Below, one piece after another: positions 30,661 through 40,118 of a DNA stretch of 64,000 nt (position 1 is its first letter; each line of letters starts with the position of its first letter). Both the position numbers and the translations under genes were made by a program. The stretch spans positions 1,856,001 to 1,920,000 of the forward strand of contig OZ242214.1 of assembly GCA_965206595.1 (NCBI GenBank), in the 5' to 3' direction. Source of the stretch: Candidatus Latescibacterota bacterium. Lineage in GTDB: Bacteria > Latescibacterota > UBA2968 > UBA8231. The notes below the pieces were generated by a model that searched no databases, was not told the DNA's origin, and worked only from the letters and a program-made list of their open reading frames with translations.

Positions 30661-33086
30661 CTAGTGTCCCGTCCCAGGAATATATTGAATAAATATGATT
30701 TCCTCAGTAGGTTCCTATGTAGCGATACCGCAAGGAGGAACCTATGGCAATGGGACGTCCGTTGGAGCCGCTCGACCTCAGTGAGGAAGTTCGTGCCCAA
30801 CTCGAATCCATGGCCCGTTCCCGTAGCCTGCCTCATGCGCATGTGCGGCGAGCCAAGATCGTCTTGATGAGCGATGAGGGGCTCACCAATCAACAGATCG
30901 GTCAGCATCTTGGGCTGTCGGGCGCTTCGGTTGGCAAGTGGCGCCGTCGTTTCTGCGAGCAAGGCCTGATGGGGCTCTACGATGAACTGCGCCCCGGGGG
31001 TCCGCGGTCGATAAGCGATGAGAAGGTCGCCGCTTTGATTCATACGACTCTCGAGCACCCACCGAAGGGGGCCACGCACTGGACGTGCCGTTCCCTCGCC
31101 GCCGAGATCAACCTCTCCAAGTCCACTGTTCAACGGGTATGGAAAGCGTTTGGTCTGCAGCCGCATCGGCAGAAGCACTTCACGCTGTCCAACGACCCTT
31201 TTTTTTGTGGACAAAGTCAGAGACATCGTAGGCCTCTACCTGAACCCTCCGGACAAGGCCATGGTGTTATGCGTCGACGAGAAGAGCCAGATCCAAGCCC
31301 TGGAACGGACGCAGCCGATTCTGCCTTTGGGCCTGGGCTATGTGGAAGGCGTTACGCACAGCTATATCCGGCACGGCACCACGACCTTGTTCGCGGCGCT
31401 CGAGATCGCATCGGGCAAGGTCCTGACCCAATGCAAACCCCGGCATCGGCACCAGGAATTCCTGCAGTTCCTCAAATACATAGACCAAAACGTCCCGAAA
31501 GACCTCGACATTCATCTCGTCGTAGATAACTACGCCACGCACACGCACGAAAAGGTCAAACGGTGGATCGCAGCGCGACCGCGATACCATGTTCACTATA
31601 CACCGACCTACGCCTCTTGGCTCAAGCCGTGGGGAGTGATGTTTCCCCATGCGAGTGGACACCTCGAAGCGCCGAGTTAGATTTCCGGCAGGAGGTGTTA
31701 TCATGACAGGAAAGTATGATCGAGAGTTCAAGCTGGAGGCTATCCGCATGGCCTCGGAAGAGGGGAGTACGGCTGTTGAGGTAGAGCGGCGCCTGGGCAT
31801 CAGCCAGGGCCTCATCAGCCGTTGGAAGAAGCAGTTGAAGGCCAAGGCAGAGGAAGCCTTTCCGGGGACCGGCCACTTGAGTGATAGCGACGAGGAGATC
31901 AGGCGACTGCGTCGTGAGTTGACGCGGGTATCGCAGGAGCGGGATATCCTAAAAAAGGCGGCGGCCTTCTTCGCCAACGAATCGCGATGAGGTACGACTT
32001 CATCGAGGCGGAGAGGGCGAGGTACCCGATCACCATGTTGTGTCGAGTTCTGCAGGTGTCTCGCAGCGGTTTCTACGCTTGGCAGCAGCGTCCGATCCGT
32101 CCTCGGACTGAGGAGACACGGCGACTGGATGTCGAGATCAACGAGCTGTACGAGGCCAGCAGGCGGCGCTCCGGGAGTCCGAAGATCACTCGAGCTCTGG
32201 GGACACGAGGCTGGCGAGTGAGCAAGAATCGCGTTGCACGGCGCATGCGGCAGCTGGGGCTGCGCTCGATCGTCCGCCGTCGCTTCAAGGTGACGACAAC
32301 CTCGCGGCATCGGTTTGCGGTAGCGCCGAATCGGCTGCAGCGCGATTTCACCGCGCAACGCCCCAATCAGGTGTGGGTCAGCGACCTCACCTACCTGCGC
32401 GTCGGTCGCGGCTGGCTGTATCTGGGGGTCTTCATCGACCTGTATTCGCGACGCGTGGTTGGCTGGGCGTTGAGCTCGGCGCTGGATCACAGCGTGGCGC
32501 TGACCGCTCTGAAGCGGGCCGTCATTCGACGGCGACCGCCGAAGGGACTGATCATCCACTCCGATCGCGGCGTGCACTAGGCCTGCACCGGCTTCACTGA
32601 GTGGGTCACCCAACACAGGCTTCGTGCAGAGCATGAGCCGTAAAGGAGACTGCTGGGACAACGCTGTGGCCGAGTCCTTCTTCCATCTGCTCAAGACCGA
32701 GTTGACCTATCACGAGCGCTGGTTCGACTACCGGGCCGCACAGCGCAGCCTTTTCGAATACATCGAAGTCTTCTACAACCGAAAAAGGACTCATTCAACC
32801 CTGGACTACGTGACACCCGACCCATTCGAGCAACAGTTATCCACAATCGCCGCTTGAGAGTGTCCACTTTTTCGGGGGAGTATCAGAGATCTGGTTCGGC
32901 ATCCTCACGCAGAAAGTCATCCGCCGTGGGACCTTCAAGAAGGTGAAGGACCTGGTCGCCAACATTCAGGAATTCACCGACCGCTATAACGCCCAATCAC
33001 ACCCGTTTGTGTGGACGGCGACGGCCGAATCGATTCTCGCAAAGATCACCAGACTTTTCAAACTAATTCATGGGACGGGACACTAG
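30661..33086 (+). mobile_element. IS630-family element (copy A), interrupted by a nested IS3
   Basis: CTAG-TGTCCCGTCCCA ... TGGGACGGGACA-CTAG; transposase from 30744 with a T8 frameshift near 31199-31206; DEKSQIQAL, RHGTTTLFAAL, VDNY; 3' part resumes at 32886. Confidence 0.93.
31637..32885 (+). mobile_element. IS3-family element (orfA 31703-31990; orfB 31987-32857 inactivated)
   Basis: TG...CA ends with TIRs TGATGTTTCCCC..GTGGACAC / GTGTCCAC..GGGGGAGTATCA; GAG 3-bp target duplication; A AAA AAG slippery site 31951-31957; WVSDLTY, HSDRG, CWDNAVAESFF; TAG at 32578 plus a frameshift. Confidence 0.93.
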
Positions 33087-33135
33087 GGCGCCGAGTTATG
33101 TGGGATGCAGGCACCTCGGAACCTGACATGGGGTC

Positions 33136-34179
33136 CTATGAGTGCAGCCGACACAGCCGTTGGAGGCATAGCTGAAGTATTTTTCCGTGCTGACTCCGAC
33201 GTCTCGACTTGAAAAGCCGGTCCGCTTCGAGCAAGATCACCATTCCTGTCCAGAGGTCATCACTCGTAAACTGTCGAGCTTGCTGACGGTAGGATTTTAG
33301 GAAGGAAGGGGGAACCTTCATTTGCCGGGCCATGTCGGGTCTGGAGAGTCGCTGGTCTTCAAGATCCTTGGCCTTGAGAAGGAGCTGCAGGTGACGGCTG
33401 AGCATCGGCAGAATCCTAAGGGGCTCCTCTCCTTGGCTCAGCATTCCTTGAAGCATCTTCTGGGCGGTGGAATAGTCCTGCCGACCGACGGAATCGGCAA
33501 GCTCAAAGACGCTGGCGGCACTGGAGACTCCCGCCAACTCGACGACCGCCCGTGCCGAAATCGGTCTCCCCTCCCCAACATAGGTGGACAACTTATCAAT
33601 CTCGCTAACCAACTGGCGGGTGTTGTTGCCAAGGTACAGAGCCAGTAGACTCGCGGCCTCCGGTTCGAGCTCCAGGTTGCGGTTTCGCGTGTGACGGATG
33701 AGCCACTGTGGAACCTGATTCTGGTAAGGTGTTTTGAATTCGACGTGTAGTCCCAGTTTCCCCATCTGCTGGTAAAGTCGGCGCCTCATGTCCACCTTCC
33801 CGCCTACGGCGATGAGAGTAGATGTCTCTTGCGGGTCGGATACGATCATATCGAGCTGGTTGCATTGATCCGCCGTGATCCTCTCGCACTTCCTGAGAAT
33901 GATCAGCCGATGGCTGGCAAGCATCGGGTAGGCGAAATAACACTCGAGTAGTCTCTGAGAGTCGAGTGGGTCCCCGTAGATCAGGTCTGTGTTGAACTCC
34001 GGAGCGGCATCCGGTTGCAGCCTGGAAACCAGCCAAGCGGCGGTCTCGTCGCGCTCGAACTCCTCCTCACCGGAGAGCAGGTAAAATCGCAGTCGTGGGC
34101 CATGCTCGACTTCCGAGCGCAGGGTTTCGGAGGAGACTGCGCCGGTCTGCCTTCTATTCGCCGGGACGGATGTGACCAT
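33136..34179 (-). CDS. holA: DNA polymerase III subunit delta
   Basis: YLLSGEEEF, FN....YG, PM.A..RLII, EIDKL..Y, SVFELAD, LLEAD..FKS. Confidence 0.88.
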   Translation of the reverse strand: MVTSVPANRRQTGAVSSETLRSEVEHGPRLRFYLLSGEEEFERDETAAWLVSRLQPDAAPEFNTDLIYGDPLDSQRLLECYFAYPMLASHRLIILRKCERITADQCNQLDMIVSDPQETSTLIAVGGKVDMRRRLYQQMGKLGLHVEFKTPYQNQVPQWLIRHTRNRNLELEPEAASLLALYLGNNTRQLVSEIDKLSTYVGEGRPISARAVVELAGVSSAASVFELADSVGRQDYSTAQKMLQGMLSQGEEPLRILPMLSRHLQLLLKAKDLEDQRLSRPDMARQMKVPPSFLKSYRQQARQFTSDDLWTGMVILLEADRLFKSRRRSQHGKILQLCLQRLCRLHS

Positions 34180-34187
34180 GCAGGTTA

Positions 34188-34382
34188 CTAACTGCCGCTT
34201 CCGGCGCCATTCTCTTCGGCAATTTCGGTGTATTCGACGTCGATTGCGTTGTCGCGGTTGGCCTTATCTCGATCAACTCCCGCGCCGTCAAAGATTCGGG
34301 GTCGTTGGTTTCCTCTCAAAAAGCCGGTAACGACATGGGTTGCAATCACCACCAGAATGAGGATCAACAGCAGCTTGATCAT
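34188..34382 (-). CDS. small single-TM hypothetical protein
   Basis: hydrophobic N-terminus, C-terminal IDVEYTEI motif; co-oriented and 8 nt before holA. Confidence 0.6.
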   Translation of the reverse strand: MIKLLLILILVVIATHVVTGFLRGNQRPRIFDGAGVDRDKANRDNAIDVEYTEIAEENGAGSGS

Positions 34383-34545
34383 GCTAGCAAAACGCTGCAA
34401 TCACAAAATGGAAAGCCGAGGGGGGCGGAAGAAGAAGAAAGATTCGCGTATACGGAGGGATTTCGCACTCGAAGCTTCGACGGATGGCGATTTCCGGCGT
34501 CTTTCGGAACAATCGGTACCCTGCTCCTACCAACTGTTGGCTGGC

Positions 34546-35004
34546 CTATTGCCCGGGCCATTTCAAGGGGAAGGGCTCGGTCTTGCCGGCTTCGCGCCAC
34601 ATTTTGTCGAGGTTGTCGTAGTGATCGATGACCCTCTCTTTGATCAAGATGATCTGTTTCTGAGCGCTGATCGTAAAGGTGGGAAAATCGGGTTGAACTA
34701 GCTGGGTCAGGGCCCGTGCGACGGCTCTCTTTATGTTGTTGTGGCTTGCCTTGATGAATTTGTTCTTGGTTTTCCCGAAGTTCTCGAGACTGTCGTGGTA
34801 CGCCTGGATGACTTCGCGGATGTCGCGCGCCTGGCGCTCGAGCGCCGGGCTTTTCAGATACCCCTGGTAGCGCTCAAGTTTGCTGTTGATGGGCTGCATG
34901 TTCTCGTACCGGACCACGTACGGTGTCAATTCGTCCGGTGGTTCGCTACAGCTAAAAAGCAGAATTGACGCCACCGCCAGCGACATCGCTTGAGTGATCT
35001 TCAT
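34546..35004 (-). CDS. hypothetical lipoprotein
   Basis: AGGAGG SD; signal peptide with LLFSC lipobox. Confidence 0.7.
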   Translation of the reverse strand: MKITQAMSLAVASILLFSCSEPPDELTPYVVRYENMQPINSKLERYQGYLKSPALERQARDIREVIQAYHDSLENFGKTKNKFIKASHNNIKRAVARALTQLVQPDFPTFTISAQKQIILIKERVIDHYDNLDKMWREAGKTEPFPLKWPGQ

Positions 35005-35367
35005 TGTTTTTCCTCCTATTTTGGCGACGCGCTTGAACTGTTCGCCTTTTTAAACTTGCCGACCTGCAACGGAATGCATGCAACCGGATACCCAGTGGAA
35101 AAACGACTTGGCTTCCGGGCAGGCGGACAGGATCTTGAAATAGCCGAAACTTCGCAGCCGAGACCGCTGTCTCCCCGCAAATTACGTAGAATCCAGAATT
35201 CTGGAGATTGCAGACAGATTCAAGGTGCCACCGCCAGTGTGTTGTCCACGGTCGTAAATCGCTTGGAGAAACCAAAGTAAAGATGGCATTTCATCTGACA
35301 AAGTCCAGCTGGCTGGCAAAGTCAGTCAGTAATCACCTCTCTCAAGACAATAGCACAAACTCTGGAT

Positions 35368-36165
35368 TCACGATTGCCCGAGTTTCCCAAGTGAAAGATG
35401 ATTCATGACTTCATCGAAGAGGAGGCCGTTCGTGGAGACCCCATCCTCCCCGCGAATCGTTGCTTTCCCTCTCCAGTCGGTAAAAGTTCCCCCGGCTTCC
35501 TGCAGAATGGGTACCAAAGGGGCGCAGTCCCAAGGACTGAGGACAGGATCGAGCATAACCTCCGCTCGGCCAGTGGCGACCAGCAGGTGTCCATAACAAT
35601 CCCCCCATCCTCGGAGCAACCCCACCTTTCCAGCCAAGCCATCGAATGCATGATTCCGGTGCTGACCGAAACTTCGACTACTGGTGTAGCAGACACAGGC
35701 CTCGCTGAGGTTCTTGACCGCCGAGACGCGGGTACGCCTCCCGTTCCACCAGCAGCCAAGGCCCTTGGCAGCGTGGACCATCTCGTCGAGACCGGGAAGG
35801 TACACAGCGCCGACCACCACTTCCCCCTTCTCATCCTCCAAAGCGACAAGCACACCATATAGAGGAACACCTTTTATGAACGATTTGGTCCCGTCAATCG
35901 GGTCAATGATCCAACATCGCCCGGAAGACCCGGATTTTTCACCGAACTCCTCACCGAGAACGCCGTCTATTGGGAAAACCTGCTGCAGACCAAGGCGTAT
36001 GATCTCCTCCGCTTCCCGGTCCGCCGCGGTAACCGGCGTCGCGTCGGCCTTCAACTCCACCGCTATCCCGGTCTGGAAATGGCGCAGAGTCGCTCTGCCT
36101 GCCTTCCAGGCCAACTGCGCAGCGGTTTCCATCTCCTTTCCGAATGGACGTGTCACGAAGGGCAA
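35368..36165 (-). CDS. hisN: histidinol-phosphate phosphatase / inositol monophosphatase family (start uncertain)
   Basis: KADATPVTAADREAE, GEEFG, WIIDPIDGTKSF, RGWGDCYG, PWDCAP. Confidence 0.8.
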   Translation of the reverse strand: MPFVTRPFGKEMETAAQLAWKAGRATLRHFQTGIAVELKADATPVTAADREAEEIIRLGLQQVFPIDGVLGEEFGEKSGSSGRCWIIDPIDGTKSFIKGVPLYGVLVALEDEKGEVVVGAVYLPGLDEMVHAAKGLGCWWNGRRTRVSAVKNLSEACVCYTSSRSFGQHRNHAFDGLAGKVGLLRGWGDCYGHLLVATGRAEVMLDPVLSPWDCAPLVPILQEAGGTFTDWRGKATIRGEDGVSTNGLLFDEVMNHLSLGKLGQS

Positions 36166-36197
36166 GCCGGGCTCTTGATGGAAGAGCTGTTCCGTAT

Positions 36198-36355
36198 TGT
36201 GGGGCCCTTACTGTTCAAGGGCCCCACAGGCTGAAGAGCATATGCGCCGCGGAAGGGGTTGGGAATCCTGCCGCCGTAGGCCGGAAGTCAGACCGGTCGC
36301 CAGAAACGAGGAAATCTGTGGGTTTTCCCGTTTTCAGCCCCTGCCACGGCTCTTC
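36198..36355 (-). ncRNA. candidate structured RNA of unknown family
   Basis: complementary ends and internal hairpins plus a perfect 12-bp stem at 36198-36228; TATACT box immediately upstream. Confidence 0.35.
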
Positions 36356-36430
36356 GTAAGTATATGATTTCATTAACCTACTGGTAGTGCACCCTACGCA
36401 CAACAGAGAAAAATCACACCATCTTTTTTC

Positions 36431-36613
36431 CTAAAAATTGTGAATGGTCCCAGTGTCGGCGGTGTCAACCCGAGTTTCTTGCCCATCCTCGGGTGCGGAT
36501 TCGGATTGCACAGATGAAAGCACCGCCCGGACCCGTTTTTGAATATTTTTGATCCGGTCTTCGACCTCCTCGATCGAGCGCAGAAGTTCCTCTTCCATGA
36601 CCTCTATGGGCAT
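36431..36613 (-). CDS. small acidic coiled-coil hypothetical protein (60 aa)
   Basis: GGAGG SD; heptad pattern LLRSIEEVEDRIKNIQKRV. Confidence 0.6.
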   Translation of the reverse strand: MPIEVMEEELLRSIEEVEDRIKNIQKRVRAVLSSVQSESAPEDGQETRVDTADTGTIHNF

Positions 36614-36740
36614 AGTCGCTTCCTCCGGAAAACGCGAGGAGAACAAGCAGCAGTGGAGAGTGGGACTACGGGCGCGACTAGGCGCCGGAGGAGAAACCGG
36701 CTGTATAGAAACACCACTTGCGTCAGGAAACGGAGTACAA

Positions 36741-37463
36741 CTAGTGTAGTGTCCGTTAAATGTGGGCTTACCCCGATTTCACGGACAGTTTTCCGTTTGG
36801 ATCTACACCCTTTGATAAGTGATAATTCTCGTAGTTGACGGGAGACCGTTGTCCCAGGGCGGAATGCCGTCGATGGCGATTGTACCCTCTGGTTGCATAA
36901 AAACAGGGCATTTTTCATCTCTGAACTGCCACACTTCACTTGCGTCGCCTCTGAAAATGGGGTATTGATGATGGGCTATGTGGAAGGCGTTACGCACAGC
37001 TATATCCGGCACGGCACCACGACCTTGTTCGCGGCGCTCGAGATTGCATCGGGCAAGGTCCTGACCCAATGCAAACCCCGGCATCGGCACCAGGAATTCC
37101 TGCAGTTCCTCAAATACATAGATCAAAACGTCCCCAAAGACCTTGACATTCACCTCGTCGTAGATAACTACGCCACGCACACGCACGAAAAGGTGGATCG
37201 CAGCGCGTCCGCGATACCACGTTCACTATACACCGACCTACGCCTCTTGGCTCAACCAGGTGGAGATCTGGTTCGGCATCCTCACGCAGAAAGCCATCCG
37301 CCGTGGGACCTTCAAGAAGGTGAAGGACCTGGTCGCCAACATTCAGGAATTCACCGACCGCTATAACGCCCAATCACACCCGTTTGTGTGGACGGCGACG
37401 GCCGAATCGATTCTCGCAAAGAGCACCAGACTTTTCAAACTAATTCATGGGACGGGACACTAG
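36741..37463 (+). mobile_element. IS mosaic: IS-end fragments plus the 3' half of IS630 (copy B, 36972-37463)
   Basis: flanking CTAG at 36741 and 37460; right TIR TGGGACGGGACA; near-identical to copies A and C from 36972, with an 8-nt deletion near 37194. Confidence 0.85.
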
Positions 37464-38317
37464 GTGCGGCTGTAGGTCCTGAGCTGATCGCAGCGGCTGG
37501 GGTGCCGCAGTCGATGCAAAGCCTTTTCTTTGATCTGGCGGACGCGTTCTCTCGTCAGGCCAAAACGCACCCCAATTTGATCGAGGGTCATCGGCTCCTC
37601 GCCGTCCAGTCCGAAATATAACCGCAGGATTTTGGCTTCGCGACCCACCAATGAGCCGAGTGCAGTATCGATTTTTCCGCGCAGACATCCCCGCATCACG
37701 AGATTTTCGGGAGATTCTTGCCGGTCGTCGGGAAGGATGTCCAGGAGGCTATGGTCTTCTCCCTCCTTGAACGTGGCGTCAAGAGAACGAACAGAGCGGC
37801 CGCACATCATGGTTTCACGTACGTCCTCAACGGGAACATCGAGTTCGTTGGCGATGTCTTCGGGGTTCGGATCGTCTGTGCGTTCCTGCTGCAGGAGGCG
37901 GGAAGCTTTGGATATCTTGTACAGCAACCCGATTTTGTTCAGTGGAAGTCTCACTGTGCGGGATTGTTCGGCGAGGGTCTGCAGAATGGCTTGTCTGATC
38001 CACCAGACCGCATAGGAGATGAACTTGAACCCCTTGTTTTCGTCGAACCTCTCGGCAGCCGTGATCAGCCCAATGTTGCCGGCACTGATGAGGTCCGCAA
38101 GGGGGACGCCTCGATTTTGATACTCTTTGGCGACACTGACCACGAACCTCAGATTGGCTTCAACGAGGACATTTCGCGCACCTTCATCGCCGCACTTGAT
38201 CCTGCGCGCCAGATCGACTTCTTCGGAGGAAGAAAGCGGGTTCGAGTTGGCTATCTCCCCGAAATAGGACCCCAAGCAGTCATCCATGTCCCAGAATGTT
38301 TTCGCGATCTCGGCCAT
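37460..38317 (-). CDS. sigma-70 family RNA polymerase sigma factor (RpoD/SigA-like, no region 1.1)
   Basis: ANLRFVVSVAK.Y, DLI..GN.GL..A.ERFD..KGFKFISYAVWWIRQ, TL..IG..FGLTRERVRQI. Confidence 0.93.
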   Translation of the reverse strand: MAEIAKTFWDMDDCLGSYFGEIANSNPLSSSEEVDLARRIKCGDEGARNVLVEANLRFVVSVAKEYQNRGVPLADLISAGNIGLITAAERFDENKGFKFISYAVWWIRQAILQTLAEQSRTVRLPLNKIGLLYKISKASRLLQQERTDDPNPEDIANELDVPVEDVRETMMCGRSVRSLDATFKEGEDHSLLDILPDDRQESPENLVMRGCLRGKIDTALGSLVGREAKILRLYFGLDGEEPMTLDQIGVRFGLTRERVRQIKEKALHRLRHPSRCDQLRTYSRT

Positions 38318-38473
38318 GTGTCGTCCTTGCTGTTAAGGGAAGTTCTCGCACATGCTGGAAAGATGGTCCGCAGAGGATGCGGCCCGGTGTGCGGAGGAGA
38401 TGACACCGGAAAAGGCCGATGGATTGTACGAGATGTAGCAAAAGGACTTGGTCACGGCAACAGCAAAGCAACA

Positions 38474-38503
38474 AACATAGACGGGGGCACATAAACCTGT
38501 CAA
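38474..38503 (-). promoter_or_regulatory. sigma70-like promoter of the sigma factor gene
   Basis: TTGACA-18nt-TATGTT on the minus strand. Confidence 0.5.
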
Positions 38504-38545
38504 GCTGATTCCCGCTCTGGTCAAAGCCAGGTCAGCGTCTCCAAC

Positions 38546-39286
38546 TCATTCGGAGGCAACGAGATCACCAAGGACAGCGGTTTGGAGAGCGAGCAACTCG
38601 AGGATCCCCTTGGTCGCCAGATCCAATAGCCCGTTCATCTCGTTCAGCGTGAAGGGGGTCCGCTCTGCGGTTGCCTGGATTTCGACGAGCCTTCCATCCC
38701 TGGTCATGACGACGTTCATGTCGGTGGCAGCGGAACTGTCCTCTTGATAGCACAGATCGAGCAGAGCCTCGCCGTTGACGAGTCCGCAGCTGACTGCCGC
38801 CAGTTGTCCCGAAATCGGGTCACCTTCCAGGGCACCCCCTGCTTTCATCTCAGAAATGGCTTCTACGAGAGCGACGTACCCTCCCGTGATCGCTGCTGTC
38901 CGCGTGCCCCCGTCAGCCTGAATCACGTCGCAGTCTACATATAGCGTCCTTGCTCCAACAGCTCCGAGATCAATTACGGTACGCAGGGAACGGCCGATCA
39001 ATCGTTGAATCTCTCGCGTGCGGCTGTTCGGCCTGCCCATGGCAGCTTCACGCGGAATACGCTGTCGAGAAGATCCTGGGAGCATTCCGTACTCGCAGGT
39101 CAGCCAACCTCTGCCCGTTCCCTCTACAAACGGAGGAACGCGGTTCACACTGGAAACCGTGCATATGAGCTTGGTTCCCCCACTTACAATCAGAGCCGAG
39201 CCGGGCGCCGATTCCAGGTAGGATCGCCTGATCGTGGTCGGTCTGAGCTGGTCGGGCATGCGGCCGTCTACACGGGAGTCAACCAT
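38546..39286 (-). CDS. rph: ribonuclease PH
   Basis: R.DGR..DQLR, GWLTCEYGMLP, RT.EIQRLIGRSLR, DCDVIQADGGTRTAAITG, DMNVV. Confidence 0.96.
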   Translation of the reverse strand: MVDSRVDGRMPDQLRPTTIRRSYLESAPGSALIVSGGTKLICTVSSVNRVPPFVEGTGRGWLTCEYGMLPGSSRQRIPREAAMGRPNSRTREIQRLIGRSLRTVIDLGAVGARTLYVDCDVIQADGGTRTAAITGGYVALVEAISEMKAGGALEGDPISGQLAAVSCGLVNGEALLDLCYQEDSSAATDMNVVMTRDGRLVEIQATAERTPFTLNEMNGLLDLATKGILELLALQTAVLGDLVASE

Positions 39287-39287
39287 G

Positions 39288-40118
39288 TTATCGCACCGGG
39301 TGAAGCTGTTGGCGAAAATCGACGCCGGTCATGTTGACAAAACGGCACATCTCGGTAAGGCGGGAATAGATGCGGCCACTCTGCTGCCTGATCTCGTCCA
39401 ATGGCTGGTTTGTGGTGACAATTGTGAAGCGCTCCTCGCTGTAGCGGGAATCTACGAGTTCGTACAGCTTCTCCATCTCAAACTCGGTACCGCGCTGAAT
39501 ACCGAAATCGTCGAGGAGCAGGTAGGGTAACTGGCTCAACTCCTGCTGAATTTGGAAAGTCTGTCCGTGGCGGTCGCTGTTTTCGGAGAAGGTATCGCGA
39601 AGTTGCTGGAAATACTTGCGAGACAAACTGAGGAAGCGGCCGGGGCGGGCCCTGTGCAGGATGAGTTCGTTGAGCATTATGCATCCGAGCAGGGTCTTGC
39701 CGGTGCCCGGAGGCCCGATCAAAACGAAGCCGCGGCGAGGTTCTTCATCACCGTCCAAGAGTGTCGAAACATACCCGCGCGCCTCGGTTGCCACTGCAAT
39801 GGCACCGCCGTCCGGAGTTGTCAGGCAGAAATCGTCCTGAAATTTCCAACGGAACTTGGTGGGGACTTCAGCGAGCTTGAACAGTCGCTGAATTTCCGAC
39901 AACCGCCGCCTAGCCGAAGCGCACGGGCACCACTGCAACCTCGAGTCTTCGTTCCAGTACTGATACGGCCGTTCCCCGCGACAACGGCACCCCCGCTCCA
40001 CGCACTCGCACAGCTTCAGGGTCCCGAAGCGTCCGACTTCCACAGTTGGGTCGTAGCGCACTCCTCTGCCGGTGCAGGCGTCGCAGGACTTGGTGATAAA
40101 ATGGGCAGTAGCCGTCAA
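39288..40118 (-). CDS. DnaC/IstB-like AAA+ ATPase with Cys-rich N-terminus
   Basis: CDAC, CEC, CRC, CPC; GPPGTGKT, LLLDDFG, IVTTN, RIYSRL.EMC, G.DFR. Confidence 0.85.
   Translation of the reverse strand: MTATAHFITKSCDACTGRGVRYDPTVEVGRFGTLKLCECVERGCRCRGERPYQYWNEDSRLQWCPCASARRRLSEIQRLFKLAEVPTKFRWKFQDDFCLTTPDGGAIAVATEARGYVSTLLDGDEEPRRGFVLIGPPGTGKTLLGCIMLNELILHRARPGRFLSLSRKYFQQLRDTFSENSDRHGQTFQIQQELSQLPYLLLDDFGIQRGTEFEMEKLYELVDSRYSEERFTIVTTNQPLDEIRQQSGRIYSRLTEMCRFVNMTGVDFRQQLHPVR

Noticed and set aside
32838-32846. Perfect DnaA box TTATCCACA
   Set aside because: Single copy inside the IS3 orfB end; no box cluster or oriC context
36270-36300. SRP RNA-like AGGCCGGAAGTCAG
   Set aside because: Lacks the CAGG-stem-GNRA-stem-AGCAG arrangement
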